Shown one piece after another: positions 9,033 through 19,638 of a stretch of DNA of 64,000 nucleotides. The first letter of the stretch is position 1. Every line of letters begins with the position of its first letter. The position numbers and the translations under genes were made by a program. Source of the DNA: Acidimicrobiia bacterium (GTDB taxonomy: Bacteria > Actinomycetota > Acidimicrobiia > Spongiisociales > Spongiisociaceae). The stretch is from positions 20,549 to 84,548 of the forward strand of contig JBFGLM010000018.1 in assembly GCA_041576165.1 (NCBI GenBank). The letters run 5' to 3'. The notes under the pieces were generated by a model. It had not been told where the DNA came from, made no database searches, and saw only the letters and a list, made by a program, of their open reading frames with translations.

Positions 9033-10211
9033 ATGGCCGCCGTGCTCAACATCGCTCGCAAGGACCTGTCCCAGCGGGTCCGCGACCGCTCGGTGTTCAT
9101 CATTGGAGTCGTGGCCCCGTTGGCGCTGGCGTTCATCTTCAACGTCGTCTTCGGCGGTGGGTTCTCCGACGTCGGCGAGAACATCACGTTGGACCTGGGA
9201 GTCGTCGATCAGGACGCCGGTCCGATTTCAGATGCGTTCATGGGGGTGCTGGGTGAGATCGAATCGGATGGATTGATCACTCTGGCGACCTACCCGACCG
9301 AGTCCGACGCCCGCCGGGCGGCGGAAGAGGGTGAGGTGGGGGCCGTGTTCATGCTGGGTGACAGCCTCTCGGAAAGCATCCTGGCCGGGTCGGATGCCTC
9401 GATAGAGGTGGTCGGCAACGTCGATGCTCCCACCACCACGCAGATAGCTTCGTCCATCGCCGAACAGTTCTCGTTGGGAGTCCGGCGCGGCACCCTGGCG
9501 GCCGTAGCCTCGCTCATGACCGGCCTCATCGAACCCTCCGAGCTGGAGATGGTGGCCGAGGAAGCCGGCCGGACCGAACCGGCGATCTCACTCGGGGCGG
9601 CTGAGGCTGCTACCCGCCAGCTCGACGCATCCACCTATTTCGTGGGCGGCCTCTCGGTGTTCTTCTTGTTCTTCATCGCCGGGTTGTCGGTGACCTCGAT
9701 GCTGGATGAGCGCCGGGAGGGCACGCTGGCCCGCTTGTTGGCCGCGCCGATCTCGCCGAGCTCCATCGTCGCCGGCAAGTCGCTCACGAGCGTGGTGATC
9801 GGTTTGGTGGCGATGCTCATCCTGGTCATCTCCTCCAGGTTTCTGATGGACGCTGATTGGGGGCCACCAGCCGGCGTGGCGCTGTTAGTGGTTGCGGTTG
9901 TGCTGGCGGTGGTGGCGATCATGACCATGGTGGGCGGCGCAGCCCATACCTCCGAGCAGGCAGGCAATCTCCAGTCGATCGTGGCGGTCACCCTGGGGAT
10001 GCTGGGAGGCACGTTCGTACCCATCTCCAACGACGGGTTCCTGGCGCAGCTTGCCTTGATCACCCCGAACGCTTGGTTTCTGCGGGGTCTGGGCGACATG
10101 GCCGGCGGGACCGCAGCGGACGCTGTGCCGGCGGCGGGGGTGCTGCTCGGCATGGCGGTCGTCACAGGCCTGATCGGCCTGTCACTGGTGCGAAAGCAGG
10201 TGAGAGTATGA
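9033..10211 (+). CDS. ABC-2 exporter permease
   Basis: N-terminal TM helix, extracellular loop, ERREGTLARLLAAP, C-terminal TM bundle. Confidence 0.9.
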   Translation: MAAVLNIARKDLSQRVRDRSVFIIGVVAPLALAFIFNVVFGGGFSDVGENITLDLGVVDQDAGPISDAFMGVLGEIESDGLITLATYPTESDARRAAEEGEVGAVFMLGDSLSESILAGSDASIEVVGNVDAPTTTQIASSIAEQFSLGVRRGTLAAVASLMTGLIEPSELEMVAEEAGRTEPAISLGAAEAATRQLDASTYFVGGLSVFFLFFIAGLSVTSMLDERREGTLARLLAAPISPSSIVAGKSLTSVVIGLVAMLILVISSRFLMDADWGPPAGVALLVVAVVLAVVAIMTMVGGAAHTSEQAGNLQSIVAVTLGMLGGTFVPISNDGFLAQLALITPNAWFLRGLGDMAGGTAADAVPAAGVLLGMAVVTGLIGLSLVRKQVRV

Positions 10212-11365
10212 AAGCTGCAACCATCGCAGGCGCGAATCTGCGCCGGTTCTTGCGCGACCGCTCCAACGTGTTTTTCGTTTTCATCCTCCCAATCGGCATC
10301 GTGCTGCTGATCGGAGCGCAGTTCGGGGGCGATTTCTCACCCAGGATCGGCGTGGTCGCATCCGCTGACGCGCTCGGGTCGTCAATCAGGGCCGCACTCG
10401 AACAGCAACCCGATATCGCAGTCGTGTCGTATGACGATGAAGCAGACCTGACCCGGGCAGTCGAGAGGGGCGGTCTTTCGGCGGGTGTGGTCGTGCCGGC
10501 CGAGCTGGATGCCACGATCGAAGCCGGCGGCACGGGGGAGGTCAAGTTCCTCTCGCGACCCGACGGCTTCGGCCCCCAGATGCAGGCCGTGGTGGCGGAG
10601 GCGGTGGCGCTCACAGCTGCGGAGATCGACGCAGCCCGTTATGTCGAGGCACGGGGAGTTGGTCGACCGGCCGCCGCCGCCGCTGCCCAGGAAGCGGCTG
10701 CCGCAGTGCCCGACATCGAGGTTGGTGTGACCACCGCGGGCGAGTCCCTTTTCCCGACGTCGCTCGGGCAGTTTGATCTTGGCGCTTCGAGCCAGCTGGT
10801 TCTCTTCATGTTCCTCACCGGTCTGGCCGGCTCGGCCGCCGTCATACAGACCCGCAAACTCGGAGTCACCACCCGGATGATGAGCACCCCGACATCGGTG
10901 GGTACGATCGTCGGGGGTGAGGCACTCGGACGCTTTGCGATCGTTCTGGTCCAGGGGCTCTACATCATGGCGGCCACGATCCTCTTGTTCCGGGTCGATT
11001 GGGGTGACCCGCTCGGTGCGGCCACGATCCTGATCGTGTTTGCCGTGGTCGGCGCCGGGGCTGCCCTGCTGTTCGGAACCCTTTTCGCCAACGATCAACA
11101 AGCTGGCGGAGTTGGTGTGGTCGCCGGCCTCGGTCTGGCGGCCCTGGGCGGATCGATGCTGCCGCTGGAACTGTTCAGCGACTCCATGCAAACCGTGGCT
11201 AGGTTCACACCGCACGCGTGGGCCAACGAGGCATTCGCCGAGCTGGTGCGCCGCGATGGCAACGTGGTTGACATCCTGCCGGAGCTGGGAGTTCTGCTGG
11301 CATTTGGAGCGGTGTTTCTGGCGCTGGCGGCCTGGCGAATGAGAGCCATCATCACCCGCTATTAG
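10208..11365 (+). CDS. ABC-2 exporter permease
   Basis: MKAATIAGANLRRFLRDR start overlaps the previous stop (ATGA); LGGSMLPLE, TPHAWA. Confidence 0.9.
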   Translation: MKAATIAGANLRRFLRDRSNVFFVFILPIGIVLLIGAQFGGDFSPRIGVVASADALGSSIRAALEQQPDIAVVSYDDEADLTRAVERGGLSAGVVVPAELDATIEAGGTGEVKFLSRPDGFGPQMQAVVAEAVALTAAEIDAARYVEARGVGRPAAAAAAQEAAAAVPDIEVGVTTAGESLFPTSLGQFDLGASSQLVLFMFLTGLAGSAAVIQTRKLGVTTRMMSTPTSVGTIVGGEALGRFAIVLVQGLYIMAATILLFRVDWGDPLGAATILIVFAVVGAGAALLFGTLFANDQQAGGVGVVAGLGLAALGGSMLPLELFSDSMQTVARFTPHAWANEAFAELVRRDGNVVDILPELGVLLAFGAVFLALAAWRMRAIITRY

Positions 11366-11605
11366 GCCGAGCTCAGATCTGCGGCCGGCCGGATCCCACC
11401 CGCATCCCTATCTCGACCAGCGGATGAGGCGGCGCCGGCCACGTCAGAGGGGACTCCTGCCGGACGGCGCCCCCGGCGGGAAGCCGATCCGAGCAGGCCG
11501 GCCATGCACCCGGGCGCCGGGCCGCGGCTTCAGGATCAGCGCGATCACCCAGGCCCCGAAACCGAGCTCGGCCACCTCGGGCCGGGAAGTGGAGCGTTGC
11601 GAGCC

Positions 11606-14278
11606 TCAACCGTTTGCCATGTTCTTCAGCACCGTGTGCAGAATCCCGCCGTTGCGGTAGTACTCCACTTCCACCGGCGTGTCGATGCGGCAGGTGGTTT
11701 CGAACTGCACGCGGGATCCGTCCGACCGGGTGGCGGTCACCATGACCGGTTGACGCGGTTGGATAGTGTCGTCGATGGGGATGTCGAACGTCTCGGTCCC
11801 GTCGAGGCCGAGCGATTCGGCATCCTGGCCCTTTTCGAACTGGAGGGGGAGCACGCCCATACCGATCAGGTTCGATCGGTGGATCCGCTCGAAGCTCTTG
11901 GCGATGACCGCTCTGACTCCGAGCAGGAATGAGCCCTTTGCAGCCCAGTCCCGGCTGGATCCCATTCCGTAATCGATGCCGGCCAGCACGATCGTCGGGA
12001 TTCCGGCCGCCCGGTAATTGAGTGCTGCGGCGTAGACACTCTTCACCTCGCCGTCGGTGAAATCGGTCGTCCAGCCTCCCTCGGTGCCCGGGGCGAGCTC
12101 GTTCTTGACGCGAACATTGGCGAATGTGCCCCGTGTCATCACCCGGTCGTTCCCGCGACGCGATCCGTAGCTGTTGAACTGCAGCACCGGCACGCCTTGC
12201 TCCTTCAGGTACTCGGCGGCCGGAGTGCCGTCGGCAATGGAACCGGCGGGACTGATGTGATCGGTGGTGATCGAGTCGCCCAGCTTGAGCAGAACCCGGG
12301 CCCGGCTGATGGGGCGGATCGTCCCCGGATCAGTGGTCAGCCCCTCGAAGAAGGGTGGCTCCTGGATGTAGGTGCTGTCAGGGTTCCACTGGTAGAGCGG
12401 CGATTCCACCGCGGGTATAGCCTGCCACTCTTCCGAGCCGTCAAAAACGGTGGCGTACTGCTCGCGGAATTGCTCCTGAGAGATGGACTGCGCGACGATC
12501 TGATCGATCTCGCTCTGGCTCGGCCAGATGTCGCGTAGGTACACCTCGTTGCCGGATTGATCCTCCCCGAGCGGTTGGGTGGTGAGGTCGATGTCAACGG
12601 TGCCTGCCAGCGCATAGGCAACCACCAGCGGGGGCGACGCCAGGTAGTTGGCGCGCACGTCGCCGCTGATCCGTCCCTCGAAATTGCGGTTGCCCGACAG
12701 CACGGACGCGACGACCAGATCGTTCTGGTTGATGGCTCGGCTGATCGGCTCGGGCAGTGGACCCGAATTGCCGATGCAGGTCGTGCATCCATAGCCGACG
12801 AGGTAGAACCCGGTCGCTTCGAGGTCTTCGGTCAGCCCGGCCCTGTCCAGGTACTCGGTCACGACCTTCGAGCCGGGGGCCAGCGATGTCTTCACCCAGG
12901 GTTTGCGGGTCAAACCCCTTTCCCGGGCTTTGCGCGCGACCAGCCCGGCAGCGACCATCACGTCCGGATTGGACGTGTTGGTGCAGCTGGTGATTGCTGC
13001 GATCACAACTGCACCGTCCAGCAGCGTGAAGGTGGCGTCGTCGAACGTGACGCTCTCGACACCACCGGGTTTGCCATGGTCGCCGAACGTGGTTGTCAGA
13101 TCCTGCTGCCACTGCGATTTCATATTCGACAGGGAGATTCGATCTTGGGGGCGGCGGGGACCGGCGAGCGAGGGCCCCACCGTCGACATATCGAGTTCCA
13201 GGTGCGACGAGTACACGATGTCGTGGGTGTCGTCTCGCCACAGGCCTTGTTCCCTGTAGTACTGCTCAACGGTGTCGATCAGGGCTTCATCTCGTCCAGA
13301 CAGGCGCAGGTAGGCCAGAGTCTGGTCGTCCACCGGGAAGAAACCGCACGTGGCCCCGTATTCGGGCGCCATGTTGGCGATCGTCGCCCGGTTGGCCAGC
13401 GGCATGTCGGCCAGTCCCGGCCCGTAGAACTCCACGAACTTGCCAACGACGCCGTGCTGGCGCAGCATCTCGGTTACCCGCAGCACGAGGTCGGTGGCGG
13501 TGGCTCCGTCCGTCAGTTTGCCGGTGAGCCGAAAACCCACCACCTCGGGGATCAGCATGTAAATGGGCTGGCCCACCATGGCCGCCTCGGCCTCGATTCC
13601 CCCGACCCCCCAACCCAGGACCCCAAGGCCGTTGATCATCGTCGTGTGGCTGTCGGTCCCGACCAGGCTGTCCGGATAGAGCTCCGTGCCGTTGTCCCAC
13701 ACGACCTTGGCCAGATACTCGAGATTCACCTGGTGGACGATCCCGGTCGCGGGCGGCACGACCCGAAAGTTGTCGAAGGCGGACTGGCCCCACTTCAGAA
13801 ATTCATATCGCTCGCGATTGCGTTCGAACTCTTTTTGCGAATTGATCTGAAGGGCCATCGCCGTGTTGAACGCGTCCACCTGCACCGAGTGATCGATCAC
13901 GAGATCCACCGCCACGCGCGGGTTGACTTTCTGCGCGTCTGCATCGTCGCCGGTCATGCGGACGATCGCCGAACGCATCGCGGCAAGATCGACGACAGCC
14001 GGCACCCCGGTGAAGTCCTGCAGCACCACGCGTCCGGGCGAGAAGGGGATCTCGGTCTCACCCACCTTGCGGGCGTCGTAGCCGGCCAGGTGGAGGATCG
14101 CCTCGTCGGTCACCGTGCGCCCGTCGTAGTTTCGCAGGGCAGCTTCGAGCAGAACCCGGATCGAGTACGGGATGCTTTCGATGTCGCCGTGGTCGCGCAG
14201 TACCTCGAGCCGGTACATCGATCGTTCGCCGAGGGGCGTGGTCAGTGTTTGGCGGGCACTGAAGGGGTCATTCGGCAT
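11606..14278 (-). CDS. acnA: Aconitate hydratase A
   Basis: [64 protein letters not shown]. Confidence 0.99.
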   Translation of the reverse strand: MPNDPFSARQTLTTPLGERSMYRLEVLRDHGDIESIPYSIRVLLEAALRNYDGRTVTDEAILHLAGYDARKVGETEIPFSPGRVVLQDFTGVPAVVDLAAMRSAIVRMTGDDADAQKVNPRVAVDLVIDHSVQVDAFNTAMALQINSQKEFERNRERYEFLKWGQSAFDNFRVVPPATGIVHQVNLEYLAKVVWDNGTELYPDSLVGTDSHTTMINGLGVLGWGVGGIEAEAAMVGQPIYMLIPEVVGFRLTGKLTDGATATDLVLRVTEMLRQHGVVGKFVEFYGPGLADMPLANRATIANMAPEYGATCGFFPVDDQTLAYLRLSGRDEALIDTVEQYYREQGLWRDDTHDIVYSSHLELDMSTVGPSLAGPRRPQDRISLSNMKSQWQQDLTTTFGDHGKPGGVESVTFDDATFTLLDGAVVIAAITSCTNTSNPDVMVAAGLVARKARERGLTRKPWVKTSLAPGSKVVTEYLDRAGLTEDLEATGFYLVGYGCTTCIGNSGPLPEPISRAINQNDLVVASVLSGNRNFEGRISGDVRANYLASPPLVVAYALAGTVDIDLTTQPLGEDQSGNEVYLRDIWPSQSEIDQIVAQSISQEQFREQYATVFDGSEEWQAIPAVESPLYQWNPDSTYIQEPPFFEGLTTDPGTIRPISRARVLLKLGDSITTDHISPAGSIADGTPAAEYLKEQGVPVLQFNSYGSRRGNDRVMTRGTFANVRVKNELAPGTEGGWTTDFTDGEVKSVYAAALNYRAAGIPTIVLAGIDYGMGSSRDWAAKGSFLLGVRAVIAKSFERIHRSNLIGMGVLPLQFEKGQDAESLGLDGTETFDIPIDDTIQPRQPVMVTATRSDGSRVQFETTCRIDTPVEVEYYRNGGILHTVLKNMANG

Positions 14279-14386
14279 GACTGCCCCCTTTCTGTGGGTT
14301 CGTGCGGGCGCCCGAGTCTAGCTCTGGCCCGCGGGGGCCTCCGTGAGACGGGCGCTCCAGGGATCGGCACACCGGACGGGCACGGT

Positions 14387-15031
14387 TCAGTCGGCGAAGT
14401 GGAACCGAACGGACAGCACGAGCGAAACCTCGGCCTCGCCCGGCTCGACGGGTACCGCCGCCATCTCGGACGCAGCCAACCTCGCCATCGGCGCCGGTGG
14501 CGTCCCCGGCTGGGTTTCAACGACTGCGGCTGCCCGGCCCAGCGGACGGCCGGCCAGCCGCGCCAACTCGGTGGCTTTGTGGACGGCGTCGGCCCAGGCT
14601 TGGGTCCGGGCCTGATCCATGCGTTGGGTGGTGGGGTCGAGCGCCAGTCGCAGCGAGTGGACCTCGGCGGCATCGCCGGCGACCCGGGTTGCTGCCTCCA
14701 GTATGGAACCTGTCCGCTCCAGTTCCCGCAGCGTGACCGACAGGACATGTTCGGCCACATATCCGCGGGGCGGTCCCCCATCGGGCCGGCGGTCGGGGTG
14801 CACGTGATAGCGGCTGCTGGCGACGTCGACCGACTGTGCAGCCTGCTCGCGGATAGCGGAGATGACAGCTTCGATCAGACTTGCGGCGGCGTCGGTGGCG
14901 CCGCGAACGCTCGAGTCACGGGCGGCGACGCCGAGCTCTATGTGGGCCAGGTCGGCGGGTTCGGAGACAGTGCCAATCCCGATTACAGCGATGCCCTCGT
15001 CGACCGTCAGGTCGCGACCTCCGTCACGCAT
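14387..15031 (-). CDS. SIMPL (DUF541) domain protein
   Basis: GIAVIGIGTVSEPADLAHIELGV...ARTQAWADAVHKATELARLAG...PVEPGEAEVSLVLSVRF; start uncertain (15031 or 15010). Confidence 0.85.
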   Translation of the reverse strand: MRDGGRDLTVDEGIAVIGIGTVSEPADLAHIELGVAARDSSVRGATDAAASLIEAVISAIREQAAQSVDVASSRYHVHPDRRPDGGPPRGYVAEHVLSVTLRELERTGSILEAATRVAGDAAEVHSLRLALDPTTQRMDQARTQAWADAVHKATELARLAGRPLGRAAAVVETQPGTPPAPMARLAASEMAAVPVEPGEAEVSLVLSVRFHFAD

Positions 15032-15708
15032 ACGTCGGCACTGTTCGTGTGGGGTATCACGACGGGCTCCCAGGTGCGGTCGATCGACCCGAGCAGCCCG
15101 GAGACCAGACCTTGATCCAGCGAACAGACGATCTCGGGGTGCTCCACGGCGATATCGCCGAAGGGGCATTGCGATGTCAGGAGCTTGTGGGGATCCACGT
15201 CCGGCCGCATGTCGAAGCCGATCCCGGTCATGGCCCGCGCCACCGCAGTGACCGCGTTCGCGAACCCGGCATCGCTGGGCAAGCCGATTTCGGCCGCCAG
15301 CCGGCTTCCGTATTCGTACCCCACATCGTGCGCGACCTGGGATGCCGCCCCGGCATCGAGCCGGCCGATCACCTGGAGCAGTAGGTCGGTGAGCAGGTCC
15401 AGGCGCCGGGTGGGATAGTGCACGTCGATCGGCTTCGAGGTTGCGCGGTAATGCTTGGCCGGCCGTCCGGCGCCGGGGCCCGAGCGCCCCTCCGCTCGGC
15501 GGGTCGTCACCTCTAGGTATCCGTCCTGCGCGAGCCGGTCGAGGTGGTGACGCGCCACGTTGGGATGGATGTCGAACGCCTGGGCGATGTGTGAGGACGT
15601 CAACGGCTCGGGCGATTCGCGGACCGTGATGTAGATGCCGCGGCGGGTCGGGTCGCCTAATGCTCCGGTGAGGTCCCCGACGGATTGATCGAACTGTGTG
15701 GCGTCCAT
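15007..15708 (-). CDS. SufR-like winged-HTH transcriptional regulator with C-terminal Cys residues
   Basis: ALGDPTRRGIY, HPNVARHHLDRL, GAGRPAKHY, then CPF-x11-C...ADVC. Confidence 0.8.
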   Translation of the reverse strand: MDATQFDQSVGDLTGALGDPTRRGIYITVRESPEPLTSSHIAQAFDIHPNVARHHLDRLAQDGYLEVTTRRAEGRSGPGAGRPAKHYRATSKPIDVHYPTRRLDLLTDLLLQVIGRLDAGAASQVAHDVGYEYGSRLAAEIGLPSDAGFANAVTAVARAMTGIGFDMRPDVDPHKLLTSQCPFGDIAVEHPEIVCSLDQGLVSGLLGSIDRTWEPVVIPHTNSADVCVTEVAT

Positions 15709-15791
15709 GGGCCACCCCCAAAATGCTTGGGATGCAGGCTCACTATAGTTTCGAATCTCTTCTAAACACTACGGCGATCGGGTGAATTCAA

Positions 15792-16877
15792 ATGGTTGAC
15801 CAAGCGGCGGTCTCCGCGGCAATCGAACAAACGGTAGATCCGCTGCTGGGCAGAACCGTGGGTGAGCTGGGCTACGTGGAGTCCGTCAGAACCAAGCTGG
15901 GGGGAACCGTCTCCGCGGGTCTCCGCGTACCGGTCCCCGGGGCGGAGAAGGACGCTCTGGTCGAGGCCGTGACCGAGTCGGCTCGCGGTGTCGAGGGTGT
16001 GCGGTCGGTTCGGGTGGATTCCGAGCTGATGACAGACGCAGAGCGCGAATCGCTCATGTCCCGTCTGCGAGGGGATCGCCGCCAGGTAGGCGGCCAAGGC
16101 TCCCGCACCCGGATCATCACGATCGCCAGCGGTAAGGGTGGCGTCGGTAAGTCGTCGGTGACCTCGAATCTGGCGGTGGCGCTGGTGCGCAACGGCCGAT
16201 CGGTGGGCGTGATCGATGCGGACGTGTGGGGTTTCTCGATCCCCAGGATGCTCGGGGCCGTTGGCGCCCCGGCGATCGTGGCAGAGAACATCATCCCCTT
16301 GCGCGCCCACGGTGTGAAGGTCATGTCGATGGATTACTTCGTGCCCGAGGATCAAGCCGTCATCTGGCGCGGTCCGATGCTGCACAAGGCGTTGGAGCAG
16401 TTCCTCAACGACGTCTTCTGGGATGAGCCGGACTTCCTCCTCATCGACATGCCGCCGGGCACGGGGGACATTGCGATCTCGATCTCACAGTTCCTGCCAC
16501 GGGCCGAACTGCTGTTGGTCACAACGCCCCAGCCCACCGCCCAGCGGGTGGCGAAACGGGCCGCCCTCATGGCGGAAAAGGTGAACCAGACGGTGATGGG
16601 CGTCGTCGAGAACATGGCCTGGTTCACGGGCGACGACGGCAAGCAATACCCGATCTTTGGGGAGGGCGGAGGTGCGCTGCTGGCCGAGGAGCTGGGTGTT
16701 GACTTGTTGGCCCAGGTGCCGCTGCTCCCCGCGATGCGCGAGGGCGCCGACGTGGGTGTGCCGGTGGTGCTGGCAGCGCCGGGATCCGACGCCGAAGCCG
16801 CGTTCGATCAACTCGCCCATGCTGTCATTGCTAAACGACCGAAGCTACGGGCGCATCCCGAACTGGTGATCAGATAA
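15792..16877 (+). CDS. mrp: Mrp/NBP35/ApbC family P-loop ATPase
   Basis: SGKGGVGKS, DADVWGFS, VIWRGPM, IDMPPGTGD, VTTPQ, VENM; N-terminal DUF59-like region. Confidence 0.93.
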   Translation: MVDQAAVSAAIEQTVDPLLGRTVGELGYVESVRTKLGGTVSAGLRVPVPGAEKDALVEAVTESARGVEGVRSVRVDSELMTDAERESLMSRLRGDRRQVGGQGSRTRIITIASGKGGVGKSSVTSNLAVALVRNGRSVGVIDADVWGFSIPRMLGAVGAPAIVAENIIPLRAHGVKVMSMDYFVPEDQAVIWRGPMLHKALEQFLNDVFWDEPDFLLIDMPPGTGDIAISISQFLPRAELLLVTTPQPTAQRVAKRAALMAEKVNQTVMGVVENMAWFTGDDGKQYPIFGEGGGALLAEELGVDLLAQVPLLPAMREGADVGVPVVLAAPGSDAEAAFDQLAHAVIAKRPKLRAHPELVIR

Positions 16878-16883
16878 CGCGGA

Positions 16884-17645
16884 TCACAACATCACGATGG
16901 CGGCGAAGCCGACCAGCCAGCAGTAGTAGGCGAACGGCTTGAGGCCCCACCTGGTCAATCCTCTTACCAGAAACGCTATGGCCAGGTATCCGGAGATGCC
17001 GGCAACCAGGACACCCACCGCCAGCTGGGGTCGCAGCCCGTCGGTGCCGGCCAGGTCAACTGCCTGAAGCAACCCGCCACCCAGGATGACCGGCAGGGCG
17101 AGCAGGAAAGCGAACCGGGCTGCTTGTTCACGGCTCAGACCACGGGCAAAACCCGCCGCGATCGTCATACCGGACCGGGATATTCCCGGTATGAGTGCCA
17201 GCGCCTGGGCTGCGCCGATCGTTACCGCATCCTGGCTCGACGCCTTCTCGAGTTCACTGGCCCCGGTCCGGATCCTCCCCGCCACGAACAGCACGACCCC
17301 GGTTGCCACCAGGGCCACCCCAACCGCCGTGGGAGATTGCTGGAAACGGTCGATTGCGCCCTCGAAGATCAGGCCGGCCACCACTGCCGGGATCGTGCCG
17401 ACCGCAAGCAAGGTGAGGACCCGCCGGGCCAGCGGATCCCGGGGAAACTTCATGAGCCAGGCCACGTCCCGGCGATAGTAAGCCACCACTGCTCCCAGTG
17501 TTCCAAGGTGCAGCACGGCCGTCGTCGCCAGATCGGGAGGCTCGAGACCCAGGAAAGCGGGGACCAAGACGAGGTGCCCGCTGGACGAAACGGGCAGGAA
17601 TTCGGTCAGCCCCTGCACGAGCCCCCACAAAATCGCTTCGAACAC
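16884..17645 (-). CDS. uppP: Undecaprenyl-diphosphate phosphatase (BacA)
   Basis: GLVQGLTEFLPVSSSGHL, PGISRSGMT, AARFAFLL. Confidence 0.96.
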   Translation of the reverse strand: MFEAILWGLVQGLTEFLPVSSSGHLVLVPAFLGLEPPDLATTAVLHLGTLGAVVAYYRRDVAWLMKFPRDPLARRVLTLLAVGTIPAVVAGLIFEGAIDRFQQSPTAVGVALVATGVVLFVAGRIRTGASELEKASSQDAVTIGAAQALALIPGISRSGMTIAAGFARGLSREQAARFAFLLALPVILGGGLLQAVDLAGTDGLRPQLAVGVLVAGISGYLAIAFLVRGLTRWGLKPFAYYCWLVGFAAIVML

Positions 17646-17710
17646 GTTGCCTTCTCACTGTGTCGCAATGGCCGGGCAGGCCTGCGGGCGAGCCTATAAC
17701 GCTCACTGCA

Positions 17711-18256
17711 CTATCCAGGGCTCCCGAGCAGCACCGTCACCCGGTTCTCGGCGACCGCGGTGGCGGCGGTGGCTGCCAGCTCCGGCGGTACTGCAATGCG
17801 GCCCTCCGAGCCGGTTGCGAGCGGGCCGGTTTCGGGACTTCCGGCAGAAACCACCACCGCCGGGATCGGGTCGGGCGGCTCGATCCCCTGGCTGGGCAGG
17901 ACCACCAGGCGGACCTGTTGGCCGGGCACGACGTCGGAGGGCAGATCGAGTTCCAGCGACCACCAGCCGTCGGGAGGGTCGAGGTCGGTGGTGCTGAAGT
18001 CCGAAGGTCGAAGCGGCTCGCCCGCCCGCACCGGCCGGGCGAGCGCGCCGTCAAGCGAAGGGGCCTCCAAGAACCCGGCAGGCAGGTCGCGCCATGCGAT
18101 GTCGCTCGGTGAAAGCGCAGATCCTGCGGCCAGGTCTGCCCGTGCAAATGGATACCGTTCGGTTGGGTGAGGTCGAAGCTCCAACCAGAGGGCGGCCAGG
18201 ACCAGGCATAGGACCAGCGCATAGCGCATATAGGGAGGCCGGGGAAACCAGTACAC
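17711..18256 (-). CDS. SAF-domain membrane-anchored protein (CpaB-like)
   Basis: N-terminal TM, ARADLAAGSALSPSD, LARPVRAGEPL. Confidence 0.7.
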   Translation of the reverse strand: MYWFPRPPYMRYALVLCLVLAALWLELRPHPTERYPFARADLAAGSALSPSDIAWRDLPAGFLEAPSLDGALARPVRAGEPLRPSDFSTTDLDPPDGWWSLELDLPSDVVPGQQVRLVVLPSQGIEPPDPIPAVVVSAGSPETGPLATGSEGRIAVPPELAATAATAVAENRVTVLLGSPG

Positions 18257-18302
18257 CTTCGACGGTACCGAGCGACGCCGGGGTATGGAAGATGGTTGGC
18301 CG

Positions 18303-18890
18303 TCAGCTCAAATCGACCCGGAATCTCCGCTCTGCCTCCAGGATGGCTTCCTCGGTGTCGAGGCTGAACCAGGAACGGCCGTCTTCTCCCCACCGCGGCC
18401 ATTCATCGTCAGGCACTGCGAGATGTTCATTCCGCGCTACGAGGTCCCGCAACGATCCGCCCCACCGGTCGACCTCTGTCGCACTCTGCAGCCATTCGGC
18501 CGGATACCGCGCGCAGGTCACCTGCGGGATGCCACCTTCGTACGGAATCAGAGCATCGTGCACGTTTCCCGTAGCGACCAGGCGGCGCACTGTTTCCGGC
18601 CGCAGCAGGGGCTGATCAACGGCCACCAGCACGATCGGTCGGCGGAAATGCCGCAGTGCGGTCACGAGGCCGGCCAGCGGGCCGCGCCGTCCCCGTCCCT
18701 CGTCGGGTATCGATGCGAGCCCGGCCAGCCCTCCTTTCCGACCGACCACGACCAGGTCGGGAAGGGCGGGTCGTAGGGCATCGATGACCCATTCGATCAT
18801 CGGCCGGCCGGCCAGCAGAAGGCCGGCTTTGTCGGTTCCCATCCGGCGGCTGGCCCCGCCGGCCAGGATGACGCCCATCGGATTACTCAC
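18303..18890 (-). CDS. mobA: Molybdenum cofactor guanylyltransferase
   Basis: VILAGGASRRMGTDKA, GPLAGL, VAVDQP; GTG at 18890 follows TATTCT-N8. Confidence 0.9.
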   Translation of the reverse strand: MSNPMGVILAGGASRRMGTDKAGLLLAGRPMIEWVIDALRPALPDLVVVGRKGGLAGLASIPDEGRGRRGPLAGLVTALRHFRRPIVLVAVDQPLLRPETVRRLVATGNVHDALIPYEGGIPQVTCARYPAEWLQSATEVDRWGGSLRDLVARNEHLAVPDDEWPRWGEDGRSWFSLDTEEAILEAERRFRVDLS

Positions 18891-18959
18891 GATCTGTGAG
18901 AATATGGCACCCGGCTTCGGTGGGCGACGGTATTCGAGGGGGACGTCGGAAGGCGCGCG

Positions 18960-19622
18960 ATGGATCGAGGACTCTGGCTGGCAGACAAACGGGACGAGAT
19001 TCGGACGTTGTACGACCGGGTCTTCGCGGTGGATTATGACCAGCGGTTTCCGACGATCTCTCCGACGCATCAGACCTTCGTAAAACACGTCCTCAACCAG
19101 CTGAATTCAGATGCGTGGATCCTCGACGCCGGGTGCGGCACCGGTAAATACTGGCCGGAGATCTTCGACCTGGGTCTCGGAGTAGTGGGGATCGATCAGT
19201 CAGACCAGATGCTGTGGCGGGCACGGGAGAAGTTCCCCCCAATTCGCACGGTCGTGTCCGGGGTGCAGGACTACCAGGAACTGAATGCATACGAGGCGGT
19301 TCTCTGCATCGACGTTCTCGGTTTGGTGTCCCCGGAGGACTGGCAGTTCGCGCTGGCGAATTTTCTGGGCGCGTTGAAGCCCGGGGGACTTTTGTACATG
19401 ACCGTCGAAAACGCCGATCCCGCCGAGATTGACTACGCCTACGCAGAGGCCGTGAAGCTGAAGCTCCCGGTGGTCCGGGGCGAGATCGCTCATTCGGGCT
19501 ACTACCACTACCACCCGCCGGATGAACAGGTGATTGCGTTCCTACAGCAAGCCGGGTTCACTGCCACCCACCATGGTCTGGGTGGTGGGTACACCCACTA
19601 CCTCGCGACCAAACCCGTGTGA
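18960..19622 (+). CDS. Class I SAM-dependent methyltransferase
   Basis: ILDAGCGTG, GIDQS, LKPGG. Confidence 0.88.
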   Translation: MDRGLWLADKRDEIRTLYDRVFAVDYDQRFPTISPTHQTFVKHVLNQLNSDAWILDAGCGTGKYWPEIFDLGLGVVGIDQSDQMLWRAREKFPPIRTVVSGVQDYQELNAYEAVLCIDVLGLVSPEDWQFALANFLGALKPGGLLYMTVENADPAEIDYAYAEAVKLKLPVVRGEIAHSGYYHYHPPDEQVIAFLQQAGFTATHHGLGGGYTHYLATKPV

Positions 19623-19638
19623 CCTGACAGCAGACCGA

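Noticed and set aside
11366-11605. 240-bp gap between convergent genes with small ORFs
   Set aside because: No convincing protein motif, RNA family signature or clear terminator; possibly a gene remnant
12557-15115. 852-aa plus-strand ORF
   Set aside because: Antisense shadow of acnA and SIMPL caused by high-GC codon bias; no recognisable motifs
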